DNA of 64,000 bases, taken from positions 7,575 to 71,574 of the forward strand of contig JAKANS010000002.1 in assembly GCA_021823625.1 (NCBI GenBank), written 5' to 3'. Below are positions 9,101-17,194 of the stretch, in pieces. Under the pieces are notes generated by a model that ran no database searches, was not told where the DNA came from, and saw only the letters and a program-made list of their open reading frames with translations. Each line of letters starts with the position of its first letter. The first letter of the stretch is position 1. The translations under genes and the position numbers were made by a program. This stretch comes from a bacterium. GTDB taxonomy: Bacteria; Verrucomicrobiota; Verrucomicrobiia; Limisphaerales; J093.

Positions 9101-11686
9101 CGTTTGCTTCTCGAGGTCCACGTCCTTGGCGACCTGCACCGTCACACGCGGCTGTTCCTGCGCGAGAAACTCCAGTCCTTCGAGGTCGCGATCGGCCACG
9201 GTGACGATGGCGTTGAAGTTCAGCGGCGTGGTGAGGTAACCATGCAGGAACGCCGTGATCTCGTGGTCGCCGGAACTTTGGTTGATCAACGTGAAGCGGC
9301 CGTCGCTGTCCGTGAAGGTCGCCTGGAAGTCGTCGGCCAGGTCGGTGTTGTTGGTGAGCGCGCCGTTCGCCACGCGCACGCCCGCCACCGGCGCACCGCT
9401 GTTGTCGGTCACCACCCCGCTGATGCGGAAGCCGGTCGGCTCGCCCACGCGAACGACGACGTGCTTGCTCACCACCGCACCGCGCATGTCGCTGACCTCC
9501 ACCCGCACGCGGTAGTCGCCCGGTTGGATCCAGGTCTTCGTGAGCGTCGGACCGTTGGTACCGAACGACCCGTCACTGATGTCCCAATAATACGAGAGCG
9601 CGTCGCCGTCCGGATCCACGGCATCCACCGTGAACGTCACCGGCTTGTTGGTTACCACGGCCTCCGCACTGGCGGTCAAAGTGACGTCCGGCGGGAGGTT
9701 GCTCGTGAACGGACCGCGGTTGACGACGACATCGTAATAGGTCTCCGTCCCGGAACCACCGATGGCGACCGGCGTGATGGTGAGGTTCACCTCCGGGTCG
9801 GTGTAAGTGCGGCCGACGCAGATCGGCGAGTCGCTCTTGCCGTCCTTGGTGCCAGGCGTCGTGTCCAGCAACGTGCTGTAGCCGATGCCTTGCGGCCAGG
9901 CGCTCCATTGCAGCAAAACGCCGTTCGTGACCCAGTGGTTGTCCGTGATCTTGCTGCGGGCGCTCACCCAATATGTGCGCTGGTTGTCTTTGGGAATCTT
10001 CAGCGCGTAAAACCGGTTCGATGACATCACCGGCGTGTCGAAGGCATAAATACGGTTGGTCCGGTTTTCACTGTCAGAGTCGATGACCGAGTCCGGCAAC
10101 CAGCCGAGAATGTTCTTCCCGATGGCGTTGAAATGGCCGCTGAAGCCGCTGACCGTCTGGACATTCGTGCGCTGGGACTCGCCGCCGCCACTGCCCATCA
10201 CGTCGAACGGGTCGCCATATTCGATGTCGTCGCCGGCGCCGATAAGGCTGTCGTGGCCGATCACCGAATCCGTGTCCCACAAGTCGGGCGGCGGGTTCGG
10301 CAAGGGGGCGCGCCGGGTTTCCCAGTAATTGGCGTGGCCCAAACCGTAGCAATGGCCGATTTCATGGATGGCCAGGCCGGACCCGTTGTATTGGAGCCAG
10401 GCGTTCTTGCCGCCACCGAGACCGCCCCAGTTGAAGCCGGGCACGGGTGTGAACCGCGCCAGCAACAAATCGTAATTGCCCTGCAAGTAGCCTGCCTTCG
10501 CCGCTTCAGCCAGCGCGTCGGCCATGACGGCGCCCGGACCATCCTTCGAGTAGCGCGACTTGGGATTCGGCAACGTGAGCAGTGGCGTGACGGTGGTGAT
10601 GATCGCCGTCTTGTTGTACGACGCCTCCGTGTAAAACCGGCTCACTTCCTCCATCTCCGCCAGCGCTTGCGGCTCGCTGATAGGAATCGTGGTGTCGTCG
10701 CGGAAAATGATCCGCATGTAGAGTGCCTTGCGCACGCCCCAGGTGGGCAGCGGTGTGATCGGTGGCGGATTTGTCCAAACCGGCAACGCCGACGCCGCCA
10801 AAGCCGGCCGGTTCGCCAGCCCCATCAAAGCGCGACTCAAGGTTTTGGCGTGGGCATCCGAGCACACCGTGACGAGATTTCCCGCCACATCCACAACTTC
10901 TCCCGCCGAAGTCGCCCCACACACGGCACAGGCACCGGCCACCGAAGCCCCGCTGGCCGCGACCGCCTTCGCCTCGTCCCCATCGAGCACGCGAACCGGA
11001 TCCTCATCCACGGCCATTGCGTCGCCGACGGCGATGCCGTGCAAAGGCACATTCTTGAGCGACATTTGCATCGCCCGCAGCCCATAAACGTAAGCGCGAT
11101 AAGTGCGCCCCTTCAGGGTCACGTAACGGTAGGTCGGGGTCTTGAACAGCTTGTAGTCCGCTCCCGGCGCGGGCGAGGCTTCGTAAACGTCGAACTGGGC
11201 CAGGCCGCTCACGGTTTCTTCGAAATGGCGGGTGATGTTCGCCGGCAACACCTGACGCCAGCGATAAGGCACCGCGTGTTCCAAGGCCGCCCGTGGATTT
11301 TCCTCGATCTCCGCCGCCAGCTCGGCGCGTCGGGCTTGCGCCAACCGTTCGCCCTCGGCAATCAACGCCGCGGAATCACCGCCCCAAGCCTCGCTGAAAT
11401 AACGCTCCACCCAGCCCGCGAAAGCCGCGCGCGGCGAGGCGTAGGCGTGGCCGGGACTTGGTTCGCTGGCGGCCATCGTGCCGGCGGAAGTCGCTTGCGA
11501 CGCGGGAGCCGCCGTGCCGCCACCGCGCACAGCGGCATAAGAGAGCAGGCTGGTCTGCGGAGCGCTCGGGACAGCCACCGTCCGCGGCCGGGTCGGAAGA
11601 GGAATCGCCTTCTCACCGCGGGGCCAGAACGAAAGAAAAACGAAGAGGCTGGCCAACCCGGCCAAAGACCATTTAACAGCTTTCAT
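3107..11686 (-). CDS. giant exported multidomain metzincin-like protein (2859 aa)
   Basis: Single uninterrupted ORF. Domains seen by eye, N- to C-terminus:
- N-terminal hydrophobic anchor/signal (WSLAGLASLFVFLSFW).
- HExxHxxGxxH zinc motif (HEIGHCYGLGH, about nt 10335-10370).
- PKD-like segment (VTFTVDAVDPDGDALSYYWDISDGS).
- CarboxypepD_reg-like segment (FRISGVVTDNSGAPVAGVRV).
- Ten Calx-beta-like modules of about 95 aa, eight before and two after the propeller.
- Seven delta-60-type repeats of about 50 aa (LARLNADGSLDAGF..., about nt 4655-5725).
- InlB-B-type repeat (FAFTGWQG).
- Jelly-roll-like domain (VRVSSEANWDFAEFYVDG).
- About 70-aa C-terminal domain ending in KFYRAVTSP. Confidence 0.9.
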   Translation of the reverse strand: MKAVKWSLAGLASLFVFLSFWPRGEKAIPLPTRPRTVAVPSAPQTSLLSYAAVRGGGTAAPASQATSAGTMAASEPSPGHAYASPRAAFAGWVERYFSEAWGGDSAALIAEGERLAQARRAELAAEIEENPRAALEHAVPYRWRQVLPANITRHFEETVSGLAQFDVYEASPAPGADYKLFKTPTYRYVTLKGRTYRAYVYGLRAMQMSLKNVPLHGIAVGDAMAVDEDPVRVLDGDEAKAVAASGASVAGACAVCGATSAGEVVDVAGNLVTVCSDAHAKTLSRALMGLANRPALAASALPVWTNPPPITPLPTWGVRKALYMRIIFRDDTTIPISEPQALAEMEEVSRFYTEASYNKTAIITTVTPLLTLPNPKSRYSKDGPGAVMADALAEAAKAGYLQGNYDLLLARFTPVPGFNWGGLGGGKNAWLQYNGSGLAIHEIGHCYGLGHANYWETRRAPLPNPPPDLWDTDSVIGHDSLIGAGDDIEYGDPFDVMGSGGGESQRTNVQTVSGFSGHFNAIGKNILGWLPDSVIDSDSENRTNRIYAFDTPVMSSNRFYALKIPKDNQRTYWVSARSKITDNHWVTNGVLLQWSAWPQGIGYSTLLDTTPGTKDGKSDSPICVGRTYTDPEVNLTITPVAIGGSGTETYYDVVVNRGPFTSNLPPDVTLTASAEAVVTNKPVTFTVDAVDPDGDALSYYWDISDGSFGTNGPTLTKTWIQPGDYRVRVEVSDMRGAVVSKHVVVRVGEPTGFRISGVVTDNSGAPVAGVRVANGALTNNTDLADDFQATFTDSDGRFTLINQSSGDHEITAFLHGYLTTPLNFNAIVTVADRDLEGLEFLAQEQPRVTVQVAKDVDLEKQTPGIFTFMRTGDTNTQLRAVFTLGGTVSTNDYQAYTNQTVHTNPLTTLLGPVTLKIPFSFVDFQTGVFQTNITITPSTNAPKTDLHYLSASVMYALQRETVFMTNVDDGNGGTTNGLATNYTRLTGWEVLAPTGNDTWFQTYGDYVVGTPGQAQMNFKITPPTQPTISILAISKAVSENGGDSALFMLLRSGKTDVPVTVRLAYSGTATYDADYAPLPSIVVIPAGVTAVPLPLYVRPDLYLEGNESVTVSVLADPTYTLGTAKATLTIGDNVLPTLTVLAQDSVASETGNDPGSVVFTRTGDLSRSLTVNYLVGGSAINGQDYRALSGTITIPAGQPSVTLVIQPRDNRARDGGNGVDIILSDSPTYNVGSPSVATVFIQDGAVPTVTLRATPANAAEPSTVGEFTLSRVGDTRQALTVELAVGGTARPVADYAPITTAGVIPAGATSVVIRVSPVNDKVREDDETVICEVLPSTNYNVGSPMQDTVTIADDDSGALPGVGFTFQNSTFSEGVKTALVAVAVSANPAQDTDVTVDWKVTGGTAVPGTDYPATNTSGRLVFTNVPDPAVSNRVQLLAFPMIDDTNARPDRTVLLTLVEPAPLISNIVTTNEITLTNDAGETIGTTNVLVTNTTVTPVPMNAMFDVYPSHTLTIVDNDSSVVSLETTDPIAMEQGRKQGLFTIRRVGATNRDQVVKLAVSGTAANGSDYETIPDTLVIPKGEATLAVPVIPIDDPIQEFMESVQLSLIGAPGALLSTNAQGTVTLIDNDGAVEFSSLIYAVYESAGQAQITVRRTSDTNGTASVAFQAVAGTATTNDFIPTNGVVTFAPGETLQTFSVSLNDNRIVQPDRTVLLTLRNLSDGVPLGGQATATLTILDDDTVVELLAPTVRALESDATAPVTLSRYGIVTNQLQVDVLATTNGTAIDGLDFTATNYTVIFAPGQTTAVAQVKLLDDELFDGDKTLPLMLTNLDASATYGTNTNGQVLVLDDECSLQFAASTYQVDEYARILTLTVQRDGSPVQPVQVDFATVDGTATSGKKYIGARGTLAFAGDQIVRSQDGTGVLVLQPGETNQSFNIRILDNTIGDGDQVFSVALTNARTAGGVGLPLTATLGTNTTAAVTIIDNEKPGSVDFEFNPGTGANDTVLTVAFQADAKVLLGGKFTAVDEVSLNHIARLHDDGYLDTFLNPGGGFDADVLAVALQPDGRIVVGGQFTKFSTNTLNRIARLNADASVDPDFKVGAGADAAVRAVAVESGGTILLGGDFNNVQGQRHQRLARLQSTGAVDPTFAPAFDGAVNALAVQSDGKILVGGAFRNVGNASRPFLARLNADGTLDAGFSPTLDNTVNAIALQPDGRVVIAGALQLAGGAPRHGVARLNADGSLDAGFDPGTGANATVYAAGLTADGKVMLGGAFTQYDGQDLNRLARLNPDGTLDSTFDIGSGANDTVYTLLVQPDSAVVIGGDFTMVNKLPRNRIARIHGDEKFRLNILQLSSAAYRASELDGQATLAVTRAGDLTLPATVRFMTADGTATAGVNYVATNGTLNFAAGETEKTFDIPVLNDNQGRGDLTVNVVLTNLPPGYSLTARLSAVLTIEDSQSAVAFGSATDSVPENRGQADILVRRTGPTNTLVSVDYATADGTGVAGVDYESATGTLTFNPGERELTFPVTIIDNAVAQSDRTVLLSLTNPQGGAVLGLQNTATLSIVDDDRVDSYALNITPPVGGTVTPSSGSYPVGSTQTVTALPERGFAFTGWQGTVNSTANPLVLVMDKDYVLTAQFAPTAYTYTFEPPFTAANLQAPPWVNNSSRPWQLQSSVASAGKFAVRSGSIGDGQDTSLQLQVNSRGGSAAFDVRVSSEANWDFAEFYVDGLRIERWSGEVAWRTYLFSLGAGTHTLTWRYVKDNNFSAGLDAMFIDNIYVPADVPDPTDPAAHLTLVSVPDGLQIWVTGKTGLTYTLQDSADLVTWSPVASQLNTGGTMVFTVPLDAGTPTKFYRAVTSP

Positions 11687-11816
11687 GGCTTTTCAGGTGC
11701 ACCGACTTTAGGTGACAGGTACTTCGGTCGCAAGGGCATTCAAAACTGGTCGCGCAAACCTCGATAAACAGCAAATAACACGCCACGATTCCCGCATTTT
11801 CGGTCGCTCCTGTGGC

Positions 11817-12413
11817 TCACGGAACCACTCCCACCCCACGCAGAATGCGGGCGAGTTGCCCGGCCGTGTTGGCCAGTCCGCCTTCGGCCCAAATCACGTA
11901 GCGCGCCGCCGCGATTTTTCGTTCGATCGGCCACTGGGCACGGATGCGCTGCGTGATTTGCTCCTCCGACCAGCCACGCGCCCGCAAGCGCGCTTGCTGG
12001 CTCGCCGCCGTGCAGGCCACACAGATCGTGGCCGAAAACTGCCAGGCGGCGTCCGTCTCGAAAAGCAGCGGAATGACCACGCCGCCGGCCAGGCAACCGC
12101 GCTCCCGCCAGCGCGCCGCCTCGGCCAACCACGCCGCCCGAATGCGCGGATGCAAAATGGCCTCAAGCTCCCGGCGGCGGTTGTCGTCTGCAAACACGAT
12201 TCGGGCCAGTTCCTCGCGGCGCAGAACGCCTGCATCGTCCACGACGCCGTCGCCGAAGGCGCGTTGGATCTCCCGCAAAGCGGATTGGCCCGGCGCCACC
12301 AGTTCCCGCGCCAACGTGTCGGTGTCCGTGACTGGCAGACCAAGCTGCCGGAGACAATCCGCCGCCGCCGACTTGCCCATGCCGATGCCGCCCGTAAGTC
12401 CGAGGAGTTTCAT
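11817..12413 (-). CDS. coaE: dephospho-CoA kinase
   Basis: MKLLGLTGGIGMGKS P-loop at the N-terminus and ILHPRI, length about 198 aa. The ATG at 12413 is preferred over the TTG at 12425 used by the ORF track. Confidence 0.85.
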   Translation of the reverse strand: MKLLGLTGGIGMGKSAAADCLRQLGLPVTDTDTLARELVAPGQSALREIQRAFGDGVVDDAGVLRREELARIVFADDNRRRELEAILHPRIRAAWLAEAARWRERGCLAGGVVIPLLFETDAAWQFSATICVACTAASQQARLRARGWSEEQITQRIRAQWPIERKIAAARYVIWAEGGLANTAGQLARILRGVGVVP

Positions 12414-12494
12414 CGCGCGAGGCAAAGAGTGGTGGCGTGACGGACCGGCGGCAGCTGTTGCCCGCCACTGGCGAGAGCCCAGGCGTTGCCGTCT

Positions 12495-12533
12495 GCAAAA
12501 ACGAAGCCGCGCGGCGAGCGGCCACCGCGCGGC
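12495..12533 (-). terminator. intrinsic terminator downstream of the M36 protease gene
   Basis: 9-bp GC stem (12506-12514 gccgcgcgg paired with 12525-12533 ccgcgcggc) with a 10-nt loop. On the minus strand TTCGTTTTTG follows (plus-strand aaaaacgaa at 12497-12505). It lies about 40 nt after the stop at 12573. Confidence 0.65.
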
Positions 12534-12572
12534 GGAAAGGAGGACATGCTGCGAACCTCGGCGGACCCGCCC

Positions 12573-15500
12573 TCAAGGCGCGACGCCGCGATACACCCGG
12601 CTCGGAATGGTGACGGAGTCCGGATCGATAAACCGAAGCTCGCCGAAGCTCGCCTGGTTGGTGTAGATCCCCTGCCAGCGAGCCGGGAAGTTCGTGGCCG
12701 CCTGGATCACGTAGATTTGGTTGGTCTGACCTCGCAGGCGGATTTCCACCCCGCCGGTGAAGGCGCGGCCGATGGAGAGCACCGGCCGGGTGCCGTCGTT
12801 CGGCACCGCGACCGGCAACGCCACGTTGTCGATGAACGCCGCGTCCGAACCGAGGCTGCGGGCCGGATCCTTGACGTAGCGCCATTCCAGGGTGTGGTCG
12901 CCCGCGGTCACGGCGAACTCGAACTTGGTCCAGCCGACTTCACCGGTCCATTGCTGAACCAAGGTTCCGTCCACGTAGAATTGGAGGAAGTCGTAGTTCG
13001 CCTCGGAACTCACGCGGACATCGCAACTTGCCGTTCCCGCCCGCAACGTCTTGGCGAGTGTGAGCGAGCTGGTCTGGTTGTTGCCGATTTTGCCCGAGCG
13101 CACCGAGTACTTCCCGAGCGCGGCAGTCTCGTCGGTGACGTACCAAGGCACATCGCCGCCAGTCACCCAAGGCTGTTGCCCCAGACCACCGGACTCGAAG
13201 TCGTCGGCGATGGGTTGCGGCCGGAAGACGGCCTGCACGGTCATGTTCGTGGTGACGGGCACCGGCACCGGATTCTCGGAAGTGTTGATGTCCCCCTGCC
13301 AGCCGGTGAATTCGTAACCCGGATCAGGATCCGCCGCCAGTTGCACGCTGGCGTTGGCTTCCACGTCGATCACGCCGGCGGGCGGATAGGTCGCGCCGCC
13401 CGAAGCCGGGCCGACCGTGAGCTGGTAAAGCTTCGAGGGCACGAACGAGTAGGCCAGTTGCACCTGGCCGGTGGCCGCGTTGAAGCCATCCACCGCGATG
13501 GAGTAAACGACATTCGAGCGCACCGCCTGGCGGATTTTGCTGAACCTGGCGCCTTCGTAAGCGTCATCGTTGGAAGTGACAGTCCGAAGGATGTCCACGC
13601 GCTCACCCGTGTAAAGGCCCAGGAGCGTATCGAAATCGCTGCCCTCGGTACTCAGCAGCAATACTCCGTCGCTGGGCGCCCACCATTTCCACCAAACCGA
13701 TTTCCCACCGTCGTTACCGGCGTGGCGTGGCTCGCCATTTTCCCGGGTGGCGAGCGCGTTGGAAACGCTGTTCGTGCCCGCGTCGCCTTGCAGCCGCGTC
13801 GCGTTCACGAAGTGATCGTTCGGCGGTTCCGGCCGGCGGTAAGTCACCAGGATGTTGGTCATGCTGGCATTGCCCGCCAGGTCAGTGGCCGTGACCGTGA
13901 TGGTGTTGCGGCCTTCGCTCAAAGCAATGCGGTTGGTGGTGCTGCCTTCCGCGAGGGCGGCGGCCGGTTCGGCCGGGCCGAAGCTCCGCGGGCCGACCTG
14001 GAAAGTGATCTGGTCCACGCCGCTGGCCAGCGGTTCGGGATCGACCGCGGTGGCGACCACATCCACGACGTTGTTGGTCCAGATATAGCCGCTGGGCGGG
14101 CGCGAAACCGTGACGACCGGCGGCGTAATGTCCGGCGAGCCGTTGGGCGTGATGCGCAACTGGAGCACGCCGGCGCTGGCCGGACTCGCACCGGCGACCG
14201 AGATCTGATAAGTCTGGCCCTTCTTGGCATCGAAGTACAGGTAGCTCTGTTTGCGTTGCGGGACCGAGCCCACCGATGTCACCTCGGTGAGGTTGGTCAG
14301 GTTGTTGCCGGTGTACACGCCCACGACGCTCTGGAAGGCGCTGCCGGCGGTGTCCACCAAAACGGGGCTGTCATTGGTCGGCGTCCAACTCCACCACAGC
14401 GAGGCCACGAAGTTGCTGATTCCCGCCGGCGCCGGTTCGCCCGTTTCCGTGGTGGCGTACTTGTTGTTGGTGAAGAAATAGCCGCCCGGCGCGTTGACCT
14501 TGGCGCGGTTTTTGAAGAGGTCGTTGACCGGCTGCTGCGCCACGAAATAGTTCACCGACAAGGTGGCGTTGGTCTTGTCCGGCGCGTTGGCCGTTATGTA
14601 GAGGGTGATGTTCGTCGCGTTGACTGGCACGTCGAGAAGGCCCGTGTAAATCGAATCCGCCGGTCGGGCGTCCGGCGTCGTGCCTCCGTTGTTGATGGGG
14701 AGGTCGATCGAGCCATTGACCTTGGCGGTGACCGTGGCGTTGGTGACGCCGACGCCATCGCGGACCCGGATGTAAACCGGCATGTTCGTGCCACTCAGAA
14801 CGGTGGAGCGGTCGGGCGGAATCACCGTCAGCGAGAGTACGCCCGTGGGCGGCTGGATGCCGACGCCCGGCGGCAGATCGTAAGATTCCACCACGCCGAG
14901 GGTTGTGTCGCTGTCGGGGGCCGTGGCGCCGTAGCCCAGACCGCGTTTGGCGAAAGCCGTCCAGATTTCGGCGGCGTTGGCCCCGCCGGTAAGGACTTCG
15001 TCGGCTTGTACGATCGCATCCCGCGTCTCCACGAAAGTCGGATTGGCCGGACCCAGCTTCATCCCGTCGGTGACCAACTGCATGGCGAGCTGGTTGCCGG
15101 TGGCTGCGCCATAGGTGTCGATCAAATTGGCCCGCATCTCCCAAAGCATCATGCACCAGACTTCGCCCTGGTTGTGAACCTCCGGCGCGTAGTCGTACGC
15201 CACCGGGCTCTTCGGAATGCCGAAATGCGTGTCTGCCTGAGTCGGATCGATGTCCTTGAACGTCAGCGGATTCTTGAGCATGTCCGTGGAATACGGATAG
15301 CGCCGGATGCCGAAGTAATAATTCTCCGTCAGATCCGACAGGAGGTAACTCGCGTAGGCGCCTTCCTGGTAACAGGCGTGCGGGTCGTCGGTTTCCTTGC
15401 TCAGCAAGGCCAGCGAATAGAAGTCCGACCAGCCTTCGCCCATGCCCGCGGTTTGCAGGGCCGTGATGCCCACGCCCGCACCCACCAACCGGCCGCTCAA

Positions 15501-17102
15501 GCCGTGCGTATATTCGTGACAGACAATGTTCGCATCCAGCGAGCCGTCGCGATTCGGCACCGGCCCGTCGAAGATATACATCTGCATCCGGCCTGGATAG
15601 CCGTCCGGCGGCGGGTAAAAGTTCGCGTTGTTGCGGTGCGCGAAGTCGTTCAGAAGCGCGCCATCCAAAGCGTCGGCCTGCACGGCGTCGTTGCCCAAAC
15701 CGCCCCGACCGAAGTTGTTGTTCTGGAAGTTGCCGGCCGCCTCGGTGAAGCCGAGTTCGTACAACTTGTCGTGCATGAAATTGTTCAGGTAGAACAGATT
15801 CACCACGGTGGCATTCGTGTGGGTAACGGGTTGGATGGTAAGGTCCAACAGAAAGTCGAACACCGGCGGATCCTGCGTCGAGGAGGGCCGCGGCAGGTCG
15901 GGGTTGTTGTCGTCGTCCAAGTCCGCGTGGGCATCCACGTTGTTGCCGGTCGTGGTGTACGCGCCGGTAAACTGATCGGCCGCATCAAGCCACCCGGACG
16001 GCGACGCAGTCAGGTCAAGAGCGGTTAGATTGGTCACCAACGTCCGCGGCTGGAGGGGCGGCTGCTCGTCATTGGGCACCTGCCAGCCGGGGTTGAAGGG
16101 CGACGGGCTTTCGCCCAGGAACACGTTGTAGGTCGCCGCCACCGGGGTCGCCGGTGCGGCGTAGCAGGTCAGATTGTGGCGCACCACCACCTGGCCCGTC
16201 TGGGCATCCACCACGCTCAGGTACATTTCCTGGCGCGCCTTGCTCACAAAAATCACCTGCCAGGCCAGCCGCAGCGAACCGGCGTTCATCGGCAGCCAGA
16301 TGAGCTTGGCGTAGCTATCGCCGCTCAGCAGCGGCGCGCGCAGCTTGGTGTCCATTTCGGCGCCCACCGGTTCGCTGATCCGACGCACCGCGGCTTCGTC
16401 CACTTGATCGCCCACGTCCGCCGCGGCCTTCGCCAGGGCCCGGGCCATCGGGATCGGCGGGTTTTGAGTCAGCGCCGCCCAGGCGGGCGTGCCTTGCTCC
16501 GCCGCGGTCACGGGATCGGTCACGAACTGGCTGGCGATGCCCACCAATTCGCCTTTGGCGGTGACGTGGCTTTGCAGCACCGCTTCGAAAACCGAGATGC
16601 CGGCGACCTGCTGTTCCCAGACGGTCGTGTGGAGACCATTGTGCTTGGTGACGTAATCGCGCTTCACCACCGCGTTATCGAGACTGTCCGGGCCGTAGCC
16701 GAACAACGCCCGGTTCTCGGCCAGGAAAGCCTTGACCACACGATGCGGATCGTTGGCCGGAATCGTCGCGAGCGTTTGCGCGGACACGCCACCGCCCACG
16801 CCACCCCGACCGGTCAGGAATCCGGTTTCGGCGGTCACCAGACGGGGAGAGCGGGTGAGGTTGTGCGCCGACACCACGAGACTGGGAATGCGGTTGCGGA
16901 GGTTTGCCGCCGCCTGGGTTTGCGCGGGCGTGAAACCGAAGGTCCGCGGGGGGGTGGTAAGCATGAGACTCGGGCCGCTGGCAGGCGCCCGCTTGTCCAC
17001 GTTTGGCAGCGTAGCCACCGTGGGACTCTGAAAGGCCTGGAGCGAGGCCAGGCTCAGGATCGCGCCGCCCACCAAGGCGGCCTTTAGGACACGCGTCTTC
17101 AT
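12573..17102 (-). CDS. secreted M36 (fungalysin-type) zinc metalloprotease with long C-terminal extension
   Basis: HEYTHGLSGRL zinc motif (about nt 15495-15525) and GEGWSDF third-ligand motif. N-terminal signal MKTRVLKAALVGGAILSLASLQA. The ATG at 17102 is preceded by a GAGGTGA Shine-Dalgarno-like sequence; the ORF track starts at 17132. The C-terminal part holds an InlB-B-type repeat (YEFTGWQG), a jelly-roll-like domain (VRVSSEANYDFLQFYVDG) and a terminal domain ending in RVYRGVAP. Confidence 0.85.
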   Translation of the reverse strand: MKTRVLKAALVGGAILSLASLQAFQSPTVATLPNVDKRAPASGPSLMLTTPPRTFGFTPAQTQAAANLRNRIPSLVVSAHNLTRSPRLVTAETGFLTGRGGVGGGVSAQTLATIPANDPHRVVKAFLAENRALFGYGPDSLDNAVVKRDYVTKHNGLHTTVWEQQVAGISVFEAVLQSHVTAKGELVGIASQFVTDPVTAAEQGTPAWAALTQNPPIPMARALAKAAADVGDQVDEAAVRRISEPVGAEMDTKLRAPLLSGDSYAKLIWLPMNAGSLRLAWQVIFVSKARQEMYLSVVDAQTGQVVVRHNLTCYAAPATPVAATYNVFLGESPSPFNPGWQVPNDEQPPLQPRTLVTNLTALDLTASPSGWLDAADQFTGAYTTTGNNVDAHADLDDDNNPDLPRPSSTQDPPVFDFLLDLTIQPVTHTNATVVNLFYLNNFMHDKLYELGFTEAAGNFQNNNFGRGGLGNDAVQADALDGALLNDFAHRNNANFYPPPDGYPGRMQMYIFDGPVPNRDGSLDANIVCHEYTHGLSGRLVGAGVGITALQTAGMGEGWSDFYSLALLSKETDDPHACYQEGAYASYLLSDLTENYYFGIRRYPYSTDMLKNPLTFKDIDPTQADTHFGIPKSPVAYDYAPEVHNQGEVWCMMLWEMRANLIDTYGAATGNQLAMQLVTDGMKLGPANPTFVETRDAIVQADEVLTGGANAAEIWTAFAKRGLGYGATAPDSDTTLGVVESYDLPPGVGIQPPTGVLSLTVIPPDRSTVLSGTNMPVYIRVRDGVGVTNATVTAKVNGSIDLPINNGGTTPDARPADSIYTGLLDVPVNATNITLYITANAPDKTNATLSVNYFVAQQPVNDLFKNRAKVNAPGGYFFTNNKYATTETGEPAPAGISNFVASLWWSWTPTNDSPVLVDTAGSAFQSVVGVYTGNNLTNLTEVTSVGSVPQRKQSYLYFDAKKGQTYQISVAGASPASAGVLQLRITPNGSPDITPPVVTVSRPPSGYIWTNNVVDVVATAVDPEPLASGVDQITFQVGPRSFGPAEPAAALAEGSTTNRIALSEGRNTITVTATDLAGNASMTNILVTYRRPEPPNDHFVNATRLQGDAGTNSVSNALATRENGEPRHAGNDGGKSVWWKWWAPSDGVLLLSTEGSDFDTLLGLYTGERVDILRTVTSNDDAYEGARFSKIRQAVRSNVVYSIAVDGFNAATGQVQLAYSFVPSKLYQLTVGPASGGATYPPAGVIDVEANASVQLAADPDPGYEFTGWQGDINTSENPVPVPVTTNMTVQAVFRPQPIADDFESGGLGQQPWVTGGDVPWYVTDETAALGKYSVRSGKIGNNQTSSLTLAKTLRAGTASCDVRVSSEANYDFLQFYVDGTLVQQWTGEVGWTKFEFAVTAGDHTLEWRYVKDPARSLGSDAAFIDNVALPVAVPNDGTRPVLSIGRAFTGGVEIRLRGQTNQIYVIQAATNFPARWQGIYTNQASFGELRFIDPDSVTIPSRVYRGVAP

Positions 17103-17120
17103 CGAATCACCTCTGCGGTT

Positions 17121-17167
17121 GAAAACTAACACACAGGCGCGCCGCGCACGAGGGCACGGACGCGCCC
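17121..17167 (-). terminator. hairpin plus T-rich tract between the 1008-aa gene and the M36 gene (possible terminator/attenuator)
   Basis: Stem 17136-17144 (ggcgcgccg) pairs with 17157-17166 (cgg-a-cgcgcc, one bulge). On the minus strand TGTGTGTTAGTTTTC follows. It sits about 28 nt after the stop at 17195 and just ahead of the M36 SD/ATG. Confidence 0.4.
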
Positions 17168-17194
17168 GTCAACTCTCCGGTTGGGAGCCGCCAA

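Noticed and set aside
6827-10024. Long plus-strand ORF (1065 aa) antisense to the giant gene. Similar long ORFs occur at 4667-6784 (+), 2894-4555 (+), 12486-16028 (+), 17450-19699 (+), 25169-27598 (+), 35583-39143 (+), 41712-43286 (-), 43551-45365 (+), 54219-55622 (-), 56807-58132 (-), 58415-59596 (-) and 60262-62673 (-).
   Set aside because: All are mirror frames of strongly supported genes. They have R/G/A/V/H/D-rich, motif-free composition typical of stop-poor antisense frames in high-GC DNA. None has a recognisable domain.
12573-17132. Diversity-generating retroelement or template/variable repeat pairs, suggested by the near-identical jelly-roll domains in the two protease genes.
   Set aside because: No reverse transcriptase gene is in the window. 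The two DNA copies differ throughout, at synonymous and non-synonymous sites alike, rather than showing adenine-specific mutation. Ordinary paralogy explains them.
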